From Escherichia phage vB_EcoM-E33: a stretch of DNA of 64,000 bases. Shown here one piece after another: positions 45,489-54,587 of this stretch. The stretch lies in the sequence record OL780484.1. One strand, given 5' to 3'. The notes under the pieces were generated by a model that ran no database searches, was not told where the DNA came from, and saw only the letters and a list, made by a program, of their open reading frames with translations. The translations under genes were made by a program, and so were the position numbers. How positions within the stretch are numbered: position 1 is the first letter of the stretch; the number at the start of each line of letters is the position of its first letter.

Positions 45489-46469
45489 ATGTTAACTATC
45501 AAAATCAACAAAGGTATCTATCGCGGTAATGAAATCTCTGGTACGTTCATGAGTTCAGGTAAAACCTGGTTCCCTAATAAAATTCATGAATCCGAAGCTC
45601 ACCTCGGTGATGGCAAGGTATTCGTACAGATTGATGGTGTTGAACGTGGTGTATGGGTGTTCAAATGTGACGTTGAAATGGAAGGTGCTGAAGCTCCTGC
45701 AGTTGTTACTGAATCCGCTGAAGAAATGAAACATCGCATTAACAAACGTTTTAAAGTAATGAACATGATGACTAATGGAATCATCGATGGTAAAATTCGT
45801 TCCCTTATCATCTCTGGTGCCGCAGGTATTGGTAAAACGTATTCTTTGGATAAAGCATTACAGAATGCCCACGAAAATGAAACTATCGAATATAAATCAA
45901 TCAACGGAAAGATTAGTGGAATCGGTCTTTACGAGCAGCTTTGGAATAACCGCGGCCCTAATAGTGTTCTTCTTATTGATGATGTTGATGTATTCTCTGA
46001 TATGGATATCCTGAACCTGTTAAAAGCAGCATTGGATACTGGTGAAAAACGTAAGGTGTGCTGGAGCACTTCAAGTTCTTATCTTGATGATAAAAATATC
46101 GATAAAGAATTTGAGTATGAAGGCACCATCGTGTTCATCACCAACGTTGATATTGACCGTGAATTAGAGCGTGGAACTAAACTTGCTCCACACCTCCAGG
46201 CTTTAGTATCGCGTTCAGTTTACTTAGACCTCGGAGTTCACTCGAACGAAGAGATTATGGTTCGTGTTGAAGACGTTATCCTGTCCACTGATATGATGCA
46301 AAACCGTGGTCTGACTGATGCCGAGACTTACCAAGCTTTAGCATGGATGAAGGCTAATGTATCTCGTCTTCGTAACGTATCATTACGTACAGCTCTTTAT
46401 CTGGCGGACTTCATTGCCACCGATAAAAATGACTGGAGCGAAATCGCTGAAGTTACACTTCTGAAATAA
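45489..46469 (+). CDS. AAA+-type ATPase with extra N-terminal domain
   Basis: Walker A ISGAAGIGKTY and Walker B VLLIDDVDVF; start ATG 45489 after SD ggaga; ORF-track start 45423 lies inside the promoter. Confidence 0.6.
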   Translation: MLTIKINKGIYRGNEISGTFMSSGKTWFPNKIHESEAHLGDGKVFVQIDGVERGVWVFKCDVEMEGAEAPAVVTESAEEMKHRINKRFKVMNMMTNGIIDGKIRSLIISGAAGIGKTYSLDKALQNAHENETIEYKSINGKISGIGLYEQLWNNRGPNSVLLIDDVDVFSDMDILNLLKAALDTGEKRKVCWSTSSSYLDDKNIDKEFEYEGTIVFITNVDIDRELERGTKLAPHLQALVSRSVYLDLGVHSNEEIMVRVEDVILSTDMMQNRGLTDAETYQALAWMKANVSRLRNVSLRTALYLADFIATDKNDWSEIAEVTLLK

Positions 46470-46478
46470 GGGTGAATT

Positions 46479-46820
46479 ATGTTTGAACAATTTATTTACA
46501 ATCTTTATAACGCAGGTCAGACTTTTTCCAAAGCTATGAAACAGTCCGTCGAGGACTATGATAAAGAACTTATCGATGGATATACTAATAGAGTTTATAA
46601 AACTGATTGTGAAGAAGGAGACTACAAGAGACTGCTCTTGGCCGCGAAGACCCAGGCCTTAATAAATCTAGACCATAAGCAGGTAAAGTTGGCAGGCGAC
46701 TTCCGAGATGAACTCTGCGCCATCAGGAATGAATATCGCATTCGTATTGAACACCAACGGAAAGAGAACACCCAATCCGCCTGGTTTAGTGGTCAAGCCG
46801 GTGAAAAAAGTTTCTATTAG
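46479..46820 (+). CDS. hypothetical protein
   Basis: 113 aa. Confidence 0.5.
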   Translation: MFEQFIYNLYNAGQTFSKAMKQSVEDYDKELIDGYTNRVYKTDCEEGDYKRLLLAAKTQALINLDHKQVKLAGDFRDELCAIRNEYRIRIEHQRKENTQSAWFSGQAGEKSFY

Positions 46821-46822
46821 TT

Positions 46823-46851
46823 GTTTACATCTCCAGTAGAAATGATACTAT
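46823..46851 (+). promoter_or_regulatory. early promoter inside stem-loop
   Basis: GTTTAC 46823-46828, 17 nt, TACTAT 46846-46851; arms ctccagtag / ctactggag, the latter containing the SD. Confidence 0.6.
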
Positions 46852-46877
46852 AGACCTATCAACTACTGGAGGTTAAC

Positions 46878-47402
46878 ATGAACGCTAAAGATATTTTTTC
46901 ACTCATCAATTATAACAATGGTAATTTCAAATCCGAAAAACAAAGCAAGTTCTTTAACGACGTTGCTTGTGGTAATGAGATTACTGTATCTGGAGGAGAG
47001 ATTTACAAAAGCCGTTGGAACTGGATTGTTGTCATCGATTCAGTTGGTATTGTAGAGCTCTATAAAAACACTAACAAAAAACGTACTCTTCACTGGAGTC
47101 GTGAAACCAATCAAGCTTATCAAGCTGAACGTAACAAACGTTTAATGCCTACCGAATCTGACCTGGCAAACGTTAAATCTGATATCGCTTATTTCGATAA
47201 TCTGATTGCTGAACAACAAGCTGTTATTGATAAGTTTGACGAAATCAAAGCTTGTAAAGAGATTCCTGAATTCATGCGGGAATCAGTAAACGAACAGTAC
47301 GCCCTCACTTCAGGTCGTATCGAGCAGTACAAATCACAACGAGCTGAACGCCAAGCTCTGCTTCAGAAATTTGAAGAGCGTTTAAAGACGGTTCTCGCAT
47401 AA
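46878..47402 (+). CDS. hypothetical protein
   Basis: 174 aa. Confidence 0.5.
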   Translation: MNAKDIFSLINYNNGNFKSEKQSKFFNDVACGNEITVSGGEIYKSRWNWIVVIDSVGIVELYKNTNKKRTLHWSRETNQAYQAERNKRLMPTESDLANVKSDIAYFDNLIAEQQAVIDKFDEIKACKEIPEFMRESVNEQYALTSGRIEQYKSQRAERQALLQKFEERLKTVLA

Positions 47403-47403
47403 A

Positions 47404-47428
47404 CGCTTTATACCAAGGATGGTATAAT
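47404..47428 (+). promoter_or_regulatory. promoter with MotA-box-like element (middle-promoter-like)
   Basis: aaaCGCTTTA about 12 nt upstream of an extended -10 tgGTATAAT; no GTTTAC at -35. Confidence 0.4.
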
Positions 47429-47465
47429 GGTTCTAGGTTCTTAATTACTTACTGAGGAAATTATT

Positions 47466-48308
47466 ATGTCACAGGCAATTAATCAAATTCGTTCTGAAGT
47501 TAAAAAAGTTGTTAAATTTGGTCGTATTCCGAGTTCTAAAGAAGTGGTTGAAAAGGTTCTATATATGATGTGGGACAAGTTCAATGTTTGTACTGTTAAA
47601 GATGACTTCACTAAAATCTTTGATAAGACCAGGTCGTTTACCTTAGAAGACCGGGTCATGAAAACTCTTCGTAAAACAGGTATGTTGTCTCGTGCTAATG
47701 CCAAAATTATTCTTAAAAATTATAACAAAGGCTACGACCTCTATGGTCGTTTAATCCCGGCGATGTCATTTGACGAAGTGGTTCAAGACCTTCATGCCAA
47801 CCAACGACGTCTACTAGCACTAGGTGCTCGCCTTGCAAAAGGTCAAGATAAACAAATGACCTTTAAGACTAATGGTTCAGGTGATTGGATTATCTTTAGT
47901 ATTGTTAACCACCCCAGAAATGAAAATGAGTATACCATTTCAACTTTTAGTGGTTGTCAATATGACAACTGGAAGTTCCATCTCCGATTAGCCTTGTCCG
48001 AATTAGAACAGCACGGTGTTCTTAGTTTTGGTGATGCCGAAACTGGGGTGGGTCAGCGTATTAAACTTTATAAAATTAAAGACCTGGCTGAAGAGCATTC
48101 AGAACAAGCTCCTAAACCGGAACCTGTGCCAGTGCGCAGCAATGAGAAGCACCAAGCTCAAATCGAGTATTTTAGCAATTTGCTTACTTGTCTTAATGTT
48201 ACAATTCAACAACAAGATGATGAGATTTTCCGACTCTCTGGTCTGAATGCTAAAGCCAAGGCTGAACGTCAAAAATATATCGATATCCTAAATCTTCTTA
48301 AGGATTAA
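47466..48308 (+). CDS. hypothetical protein
   Basis: 280 aa; SD gagga then ATG. Confidence 0.55.
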   Translation: MSQAINQIRSEVKKVVKFGRIPSSKEVVEKVLYMMWDKFNVCTVKDDFTKIFDKTRSFTLEDRVMKTLRKTGMLSRANAKIILKNYNKGYDLYGRLIPAMSFDEVVQDLHANQRRLLALGARLAKGQDKQMTFKTNGSGDWIIFSIVNHPRNENEYTISTFSGCQYDNWKFHLRLALSELEQHGVLSFGDAETGVGQRIKLYKIKDLAEEHSEQAPKPEPVPVRSNEKHQAQIEYFSNLLTCLNVTIQQQDDEIFRLSGLNAKAKAERQKYIDILNLLKD

Positions 48309-48310
48309 TT

Positions 48311-48526
48311 ATGGAAATTATTGGTTTTATTCTTGCTTATCTTGTGATAGGATTTATTACTGCTTTGATTGCGCATAAAACAGGCGCGTGGAACCCGGTT
48401 AAAATTGAATCAAGCTATGATGCGGTATTCATTACATTTGTATGGCCAGTATTTTGCTTTGCCTGGTTATGTATGCTAATTCTGTGGCCTATCGCTAAAC
48501 TCTATGAAAAATTATTTGGACTCTGA
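48311..48526 (+). CDS. small membrane protein
   Basis: 71 aa, two hydrophobic helices. Confidence 0.5.
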   Translation: MEIIGFILAYLVIGFITALIAHKTGAWNPVKIESSYDAVFITFVWPVFCFAWLCMLILWPIAKLYEKLFGL

Positions 48527-48527
48527 T

Positions 48528-49397
48528 ATGAACATTAAAACACGTAAAGAATATTCCATCTATGACCATGACACGACTCGTCGTATCGCTATCGATCGGC
48601 TGGCAGACTTTGGCCATATTTGTAATGGTAATTATACTTATGGTGTAGGTCGTAAAGGGACTTATATTAGTTCTTTGAACGATTATTGCCGTTGCCCTGC
48701 TCATTTATTTGGTGCAACACTGCGAGCTAATATCAAAGACCTCTTGGCTACCGCAGGACGTATTTCTACGGTTCCTGTCAATATCAAGAATATTAATTTT
48801 ACGGCTCGTAACCTAGTCATTAATATTCTGCCTGACGGTATTCAAGTTCGTTTCCGTCCTACCTCAAAAGGTAATAAGGCCCTTCGTGAAGCATTCGAAA
48901 CCTTATTCAGAGAGGCAATGACCCGTATTAAGGCAGTAGAATCATATAAAGTTACAACCGATGAATATGCTGATTGTTTTGAGCGGGCTGATGCAGTGTA
49001 TTTTAATGTTAAACTAACTCGTGAATATCTTTTGTCTTATGCCCCTTATCAATCCCAACAAAAGGACCCACAAATGGAACGTCGTATCTCTGCAGTATCA
49101 TGTGACAGTGTAGGCCAGTATGCGGCCTATGACAAATTCAAAACCACTGCTGTACCAAGCCCATTCAATTCCGAACCGTATCATTGGAAAATTAAACCCG
49201 AGAATTCTTTGGTGGTTACTAACCCTACGATGAAACCTATCGAGAAGTATCATGAGGACCACCTCCAGGAATCAATCCACCGTTTAAACGGCCAGATCGA
49301 AGATGAGAAAAAGAGTATCCAAGACGTATTGATTCGCATCAAGAACATGGAACTCCAGCGTGACAAGCTCCGCGCGGCAGTATTAGCTCTAAAATAA
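48528..49397 (+). CDS. hypothetical protein
   Basis: ATG 48528 two nt after the upstream stop; ORF-track start 48504. Confidence 0.5.
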   Translation: MNIKTRKEYSIYDHDTTRRIAIDRLADFGHICNGNYTYGVGRKGTYISSLNDYCRCPAHLFGATLRANIKDLLATAGRISTVPVNIKNINFTARNLVINILPDGIQVRFRPTSKGNKALREAFETLFREAMTRIKAVESYKVTTDEYADCFERADAVYFNVKLTREYLLSYAPYQSQQKDPQMERRISAVSCDSVGQYAAYDKFKTTAVPSPFNSEPYHWKIKPENSLVVTNPTMKPIEKYHEDHLQESIHRLNGQIEDEKKSIQDVLIRIKNMELQRDKLRAAVLALK

Positions 49398-49398
49398 T

Positions 49399-49428
49399 GT
49401 TTACATCCAAGGATGGATGGAGTATAAT
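49399..49428 (+). promoter_or_regulatory. early promoter
   Basis: GTTTAC 49399-49404, 18 nt, TATAAT 49423-49428; short catcc/ggatg repeat in spacer. Confidence 0.6.
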
Positions 49429-49454
49429 CTTTTAAATCTACTGAGGAGAATATC

Positions 49455-50465
49455 ATGACTCGTACTGAATACATCAATGCCTTTACTACGTATATCACTA
49501 CCAACACCCCTCCGTTAACCCCATACGAGGTAATAGTTTCTAATATCAATAAATGGGTCGACCAAATTGATGATGCATTATCGCGCTGTTTCAAAGCTGA
49601 AATCGAAAAGATTGCAGGCCGTTTGTGCATTCATGATATCATTAAAACATTTAAAGGTTCTCGACTGCTTTCGCGCCTGGTCAATAAGGACATCCTTTCT
49701 GAGTTCGGTAAAGAGAAATATCCAGGTTCCAACCGTGTTGTTAGCTACAAATGGTTTGGTGATACCATAAAAGGTTATATCAAAATTAAAGGTATGGACC
49801 CTAATAGTTTATTTCCGCAACGTTGGGTTAGCGAATTCAAGGCTAACTCTGCATTAATTCTCAAAGCGGCCTCTAAAACTATAGTTTCCGGTGATTGTCG
49901 TACTATTCACCCGATGGCTAATTGCATGATTAAAACAAATAGTTATAAAGGAAAAGCTATTATTTCTGTTATTTGGTCACCTAATAGGAAACCTAAAGAT
50001 GATGCGGAAGTTGTAAAGTATCAAGATATTGCTTACGATACCTTGAATACTATCGAACAAGCTTTAGCTCTGATGGATACCGTAGAGAAATATGAGACCC
50101 AAGAAGTTAAACACCACTTAGGCTGGAAAGGATATGAGGTCTTAGTAACAGTCCGTGAAATCAAATGTACCGTTCCAAAAACTGATGCTGAAATTTACAA
50201 AGAAAAATGTGAGGAAATTGTGAACACTGATAAAGAGCCTGCTACATTAGAAGATTTGATTAACGACTTGAACAGCCCTATCATGGCCCCTACACCAATT
50301 ACTAAATCCAAGTTACCGGAAGTCGTTGCCTTGGAAAAAGCGTATAAAGACGCCCTTGCTATCAACAAAAAACTGACTGGCCAATATACTGCTGCCAAGA
50401 AACTTTGGGAAGAGTCTACCAATCGTTTAGACCGTCTTGAACAGGCTCTGGAGCTGCTGAAATGA
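49455..50465 (+). CDS. hypothetical protein
   Basis: 336 aa; SD gaggag then ATG. Confidence 0.55.
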   Translation: MTRTEYINAFTTYITTNTPPLTPYEVIVSNINKWVDQIDDALSRCFKAEIEKIAGRLCIHDIIKTFKGSRLLSRLVNKDILSEFGKEKYPGSNRVVSYKWFGDTIKGYIKIKGMDPNSLFPQRWVSEFKANSALILKAASKTIVSGDCRTIHPMANCMIKTNSYKGKAIISVIWSPNRKPKDDAEVVKYQDIAYDTLNTIEQALALMDTVEKYETQEVKHHLGWKGYEVLVTVREIKCTVPKTDAEIYKEKCEEIVNTDKEPATLEDLINDLNSPIMAPTPITKSKLPEVVALEKAYKDALAINKKLTGQYTAAKKLWEESTNRLDRLEQALELLK

Positions 50466-50773
50466 AACAACGTTTAGCTGAAGATATTGCTTCAGCATCT
50501 AATACTGGTTTATTGAAATTTATTAAAGCCGCGGATGTTGAAGTTGAATTGGTTGGTAAAATTCATGGTTGTGATGATTATGATGATGCCGTTAATTGGG
50601 ATGCTGTAATGGCTATGGTCGCACGACGAGAACAAGCTTCTAAGAATGTTCCTAACTGTCCTAAGTGCGGCACAGAACAGGTTCAATTGGTCCATTGGCA
50701 GACTAGTAATCTTCGTTACAAATGCCGCCATTGTAAACATAAATTTGAGCGAGAAGAAAATGGCAAAGCGTAA
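50462..50773 (+). CDS. small C4 zinc-ribbon protein
   Basis: CPKC-x16-CRHC near the C-terminus; ATGA overlap with upstream gene. Confidence 0.5.
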   Translation: MKQRLAEDIASASNTGLLKFIKAADVEVELVGKIHGCDDYDDAVNWDAVMAMVARREQASKNVPNCPKCGTEQVQLVHWQTSNLRYKCRHCKHKFEREENGKA

Positions 50774-50996
50774 AGAATATGTAGAGGCTGCCGATAAGGC
50801 AGTCCGCGAACTTACTTTAGCTTATTATAAAGAGCATGGTAAATTTCCGGACAGTTATTCAGTATTGAAATCTGCTTTAACTCGCTCGTATAATAATATA
50901 CTATCTGATGTGTATAATTTAAAATATGAGCACATGGAAAAATATGGAACAGAACTTGACCGTTCTGAAGCATTCAAACAAATATTAGGAATTTAA
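50760..50996 (+). CDS. hypothetical protein
   Basis: ATG 50760 overlapping the upstream gene end; ORF-track start 50646. Confidence 0.45.
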   Translation: MAKRKEYVEAADKAVRELTLAYYKEHGKFPDSYSVLKSALTRSYNNILSDVYNLKYEHMEKYGTELDRSEAFKQILGI

Positions 50997-50997
50997 A

Positions 50998-51261
50998 ATG
51001 TTTAAAGTTTATGGTTATGATTCAAATATTCACCGTTGTGTTTTCTGTGATAATGCCAAACGTCTGCTTGATGTTAAGAAACAACCTTACGAATTCATTA
51101 ACGTGATGCCGGAAAAAGGCGTATTTGATGATGAGAAGATTGCTCAACTCCTGGCTGCGCTTGGTCGCGAATCTCAAATCGGTTTGACCATGCCGCAAGT
51201 ATTTGCCCCTGATGGAAGTCATATTGGTGGCTTTGACCAACTGCGAGCGTATTTCAAATGA
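50998..51261 (+). CDS. nrdC: glutaredoxin/thioredoxin (NrdC)
   Basis: 87 aa; MFKVYGYDSNIH.CV.CDNAKRLL..KKQP.EFIN.MPEKGVFDDEKIA.LL..LGR..QIGLTMPQVFAPDGSHIGGFDQLR.YFK nearly identical to T4 NrdC. Confidence 0.93.
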   Translation: MFKVYGYDSNIHRCVFCDNAKRLLDVKKQPYEFINVMPEKGVFDDEKIAQLLAALGRESQIGLTMPQVFAPDGSHIGGFDQLRAYFK

Positions 51262-51419
51262 TTGAATTAATGTTGGTTGTTTTGTATCTTATCATCGGTA
51301 TTGGTTATGCTAAGACCCTAGCTAAATTAGATGATTCAGGTGACTTTTGTTGGTGGTTGACGTCTATGATTTGTTGGCCTTTATTTCTGGTTGGTGCTTC
51401 ATTCTGGAACTTCAAATGA
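51258..51419 (+). CDS. possible 53-aa membrane peptide (not in ORF track)
   Basis: ATG overlaps the nrdC stop (ATGA); MIELMLVVLYLIIGIGYAKTLAKLDDSGDFCWWLTSMICWPLFLVGASFWNFK; its stop overlaps the next ATG. Confidence 0.4.
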   Translation: MIELMLVVLYLIIGIGYAKTLAKLDDSGDFCWWLTSMICWPLFLVGASFWNFK

Positions 51420-51724
51420 TTGAATTAAACGAACAAACCATTTTTCTAGGTGATGGTACCGAAGATGACCTGGAATATAAACTATACGAATATATGGTTT
51501 GGTTGGCTAAAGCAGAAGGTATAGACTTTGCTGTAGCCCATCCATATGGCGAGAACACTGTTGTAATCGGCGGCACCGCTTACGAAGTCCAATGGCAATA
51601 CGTTGGCCTTGAATCTGAAGAATTTGAAGAAGATGAACACGGTGATTGGCATCCAGTCGGTCCTTGGTACTGGGAACACGGTGAACCTGATTTTGAAGTA
51701 AGTAGTTGGTGGTGTGACCGTTAA
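51416..51724 (+). CDS. acidic hypothetical protein
   Basis: ATG 51416 (MIELNEQTIF...); ORF-track start 51347. Confidence 0.5.
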   Translation: MIELNEQTIFLGDGTEDDLEYKLYEYMVWLAKAEGIDFAVAHPYGENTVVIGGTAYEVQWQYVGLESEEFEEDEHGDWHPVGPWYWEHGEPDFEVSSWWCDR

Positions 51725-51779
51725 GCCATGGTATGTCGCTCGGTGGGATACGATAGAACCTACCGAGCCAGAGGAACCC

Positions 51780-51809
51780 GTTTACAACGATTCCGAAATA
51801 GAGTATAAT
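51780..51809 (+). promoter_or_regulatory. early promoter
   Basis: GTTTAC 51780-51785, 18 nt, TATAAT 51804-51809; preceded by a 10-bp stem hairpin at 51738-51768. Confidence 0.55.
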
Positions 51810-51855
51810 GAACCTTCAAACAATGATTTAATTGATATGGAATATGGGTTTTACT

Positions 51856-52032
51856 ATGAAAACTGAACTGATTTATACTGAAAAGTTAAATGGCGGTAAA
51901 GTCTGGAAACTTCTTATTAAAGGAAGTCCTACTGATCAGTTTATGGCCACTTGTGTAGGGTTATACACCCGTCCTACCAAAAAGATGATTCGTCAATTTA
52001 AACGGTTGCATCGCTCATTTTATAATGTTTAA
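51856..52032 (+). CDS. small basic hypothetical protein
   Basis: ATG 51856 (MKTELIY...); ORF-track start 51832. Confidence 0.45.
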   Translation: MKTELIYTEKLNGGKVWKLLIKGSPTDQFMATCVGLYTRPTKKMIRQFKRLHRSFYNV

Positions 52033-52070
52033 TAAATACCTATATCTAATTATTATTAAAGGTATAGGTC

Positions 52071-53144
52071 ATGCAAGATTTCGGACATTGGGCGGTATTT
52101 GAAGAAACCGATATTAAAAACCATATTGGATTTGTATACGTAATCACTTTTGAAGATGGCAAAAAATATGTGGGTGCTAAAAAGATTTGGAAACGAATTA
52201 AAGCTGCACCTTGCACATTTAAACGCGGCCCTAAAAAAGGATTTGAAGAATCTGATTGGAAAACCTATACCTCATCATCTAATGAACTAAACGCAATGAT
52301 AGAAAAGGGTATAAGTCCTAAAGAGTACCTTATTGTAGGATGGTATCCTACTTGGGGTAAAACTCTTATGGCAGAAATGGAAATGCAATTAGCCAATGAT
52401 GTTTTACGAGACCCTATGTGGCTTAACAAGCAAATTGGCGGACATTTCAACCCTAACTGCTTTGACGATTTAACCGAAGATGATATTGCAAGATGGATGG
52501 AATTTGATAAAGGGAACGAACATGTTTCCTGGCCTATGATGTACAAAATCGGTCAGAAAACCAAATATGTTAAACCTGACGAAGTTGGCAAGTATATTAA
52601 ATCTGGGTGGCAATTTGGTCGTTCTAAAACAGAAAAACATTCTGTTACCTATAATTGCTCTAAATTTACTATATGGGACTATCAAGAAAATAAAGCAGTG
52701 GAAGTTCTAAATCAAAATGAGTTTGCTCGTAATAATGATTTAAGTAGCAACCATCTAACTAGACTACTTCAAGGAACTCTCGACCTTATTAAAGATCGCT
52801 GGGGACTTCCACCAGATATTGCTCGTCAGCGTTATAAATTTCAGGACGTTTCTTCAGGAACAAAATTTTTATCTAATTCTGAGTTAGAAGAATTTTACGG
52901 TATGACTCGCGGTCAGGCTAACAAAGCCGTTAAAGATGGAAGAGCCGTTAAATTGGTAGTCGAAAGCAAAGAAGACCACATTAAAAAACTTGGCTCTATC
53001 GAATTGGTAAAAACCGAAAAGACAAAAGTTACGTCTCAAGTAATGCTTAACAGTTTTAAAGATATAGTTAATCCTATGACCACTGCCGAAAAATCAGAAA
53101 TGATTGAATGGTTGGAAAGTTATATAACTTATTTGAAATCTTAA
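52071..53144 (+). CDS. GIY-YIG homing endonuclease (Seg-like)
   Basis: N-terminal GFVYVITFEDGKKYVGAKK GIY-YIG motif; 357 aa with long C-terminal putative DNA-binding region. Confidence 0.75.
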   Translation: MQDFGHWAVFEETDIKNHIGFVYVITFEDGKKYVGAKKIWKRIKAAPCTFKRGPKKGFEESDWKTYTSSSNELNAMIEKGISPKEYLIVGWYPTWGKTLMAEMEMQLANDVLRDPMWLNKQIGGHFNPNCFDDLTEDDIARWMEFDKGNEHVSWPMMYKIGQKTKYVKPDEVGKYIKSGWQFGRSKTEKHSVTYNCSKFTIWDYQENKAVEVLNQNEFARNNDLSSNHLTRLLQGTLDLIKDRWGLPPDIARQRYKFQDVSSGTKFLSNSELEEFYGMTRGQANKAVKDGRAVKLVVESKEDHIKKLGSIELVKTEKTKVTSQVMLNSFKDIVNPMTTAEKSEMIEWLESYITYLKS

Positions 53145-53285
53145 TGAGGAAATCGCTTAAATGATTAATTTTTATGGCTACACATTTTATGCTTTAGCCG
53201 AATCTCTGAATGATGCGGTGCGTATTATGGGTGTTGAGTATCCTGCTCAATGGTTATTTGTTGTAACTAACATGTGGGTTCTTTA

Positions 53286-53501
53286 ATGAATAAATTTCGT
53301 AATGCTGTTTCTGATATCCTGGCTAATATAACATTGGTTCTGTTTATCGTATGCCTTTTAATCCTGGCTATTCCGTTTGGATTGCTGTTCATGATTATTG
53401 GTGCTCTGAGTACTGAAAAAGGTCTTGAAGGGTCCGAGTTCGACAAACGAATCCAGGCTGTTCATAGTGTTATTGCAAAAATGATGAAGGTGAAAGAATG
53501 A
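53286..53501 (+). CDS. small membrane protein
   Basis: ATG 53286 (MNKFRNAVSDILANITLVLFIVCLLILAIPFGLLFMIIGAL...); ORF-track GTG start 53274. Confidence 0.5.
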   Translation: MNKFRNAVSDILANITLVLFIVCLLILAIPFGLLFMIIGALSTEKGLEGSEFDKRIQAVHSVIAKMMKVKE

Positions 53502-53794
53502 AACGTTTTGAAGAATATGTAGCTTTGAATTGGACCGCTTGGGACAAGTTTGGTGATGATTGGTACTTCCATGACTGTGACCTGAACCCTGAATTCTTTA
53601 AAGGTAAGGAAGACGACCTCAAGGACATCTATGCTCTGTCAGAGATTCATGGTATTAAACCTACTGTCTATTTCTCTTTTGATGATACCGGGTTCCTTAT
53701 CCAGATTTACGTCCCATACGGAACTAATGAAGACGAAGTTCTAAAAACTTGGGACTACCAAGGAGTTATTTCCTGTGGACCAAAAGTTAACTAA
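53498..53794 (+). CDS. hypothetical protein
   Basis: ATGA overlap; 98 aa. Confidence 0.5.
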   Translation: MKRFEEYVALNWTAWDKFGDDWYFHDCDLNPEFFKGKEDDLKDIYALSEIHGIKPTVYFSFDDTGFLIQIYVPYGTNEDEVLKTWDYQGVISCGPKVN

Positions 53795-54092
53795 AATTGA
53801 GATTTACGGTATCCCTGAGACAGTCATGCGCTGTCCAGGGTGCATTGCTGTTCTATCGCTCCTAAATTCCCTTTCTATCCCACATACTTTCTATCCTGTG
53901 ATTAACCAGACGCCGTCAGGCGCAGTATACGACAAGCCTCTTATAGTATCATTGGCCAAACGTGCAGGCTTCAAGAGCTTAGCGATACGCTATCCTGTCA
54001 TATTTGTCGATAATAAGAAAATAGAAAATATTCCTGCCTTCAAATCGCTTTTGATTGAACTTGGTTATGACCAAGATTTAATTGAAGATTAG
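53775..54092 (+). CDS. thioredoxin-fold CxxC protein (glutaredoxin-like)
   Basis: KIEIYGIPETVMRCPGCIAV: beta-strand then CPGC as in glutaredoxins; apparent GTG start at 53775, since the first ATG would delete the strand preceding CPGC. Confidence 0.45.
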   Translation: MDQKLTKIEIYGIPETVMRCPGCIAVLSLLNSLSIPHTFYPVINQTPSGAVYDKPLIVSLAKRAGFKSLAIRYPVIFVDNKKIENIPAFKSLLIELGYDQDLIED

Positions 54093-54093
54093 T

Positions 54094-54122
54094 ATTTACT
54101 TCCTCTCCTCACGTGTTATAGT
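54094..54122 (+). promoter_or_regulatory. early promoter variant inside stem-loop
   Basis: -35 ATTTAC 54094-54099, -10 TATAGT 54117-54122; arms cctcacgtgtt / aacacatgagg, the latter overlapping SD gaggag. Confidence 0.5.
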
Positions 54123-54151
54123 CTATCCTATCAACACATGAGGAGAACATT

Positions 54152-54334
54152 ATGACTATCCAAGATAAAGAAATTAAAGCCGACCAGTATTATTTGGTAA
54201 ATGGCTACCCTGTTCAAGTAACAAAGGTAACAAATCTCGATGTATGGTATCAACCTTTGACTCACCCTGATGCTCCATTGATGGTGTGCGACCGTTCTTT
54301 ATTTTGTTCAGTAGCTAAGGAAATTAAATCATGA
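54152..54334 (+). CDS. hypothetical protein
   Basis: 60 aa. Confidence 0.45.
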   Translation: MTIQDKEIKADQYYLVNGYPVQVTKVTNLDVWYQPLTHPDAPLMVCDRSLFCSVAKEIKS

Positions 54335-54585
54335 GTCTGAAATTACATTCAATGAAAAATATCATTACCCTTAATCTGGATGATGAGCGCCTGATTTTTC
54401 TCACCGTCACTGATAAGAATATTGAAATTGCAAATGGTCCTAAGACTTATTGTTGCCCAGTGAAGAATTGGAAACATGTAACCTTTTTGACCCTGTGCGA
54501 CCGTCTGAAAGATATTAAGTTAGATTTGGATGTCAAAGATGTCCAATACATTAAAAATCTTATTGGATACAAACTGCTGAGGTAA
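54331..54585 (+). CDS. hypothetical protein
   Basis: ATGA overlap; 84 aa. Confidence 0.45.
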   Translation: MSLKLHSMKNIITLNLDDERLIFLTVTDKNIEIANGPKTYCCPVKNWKHVTFLTLCDRLKDIKLDLDVKDVQYIKNLIGYKLLR

Positions 54586-54587
54586 CT

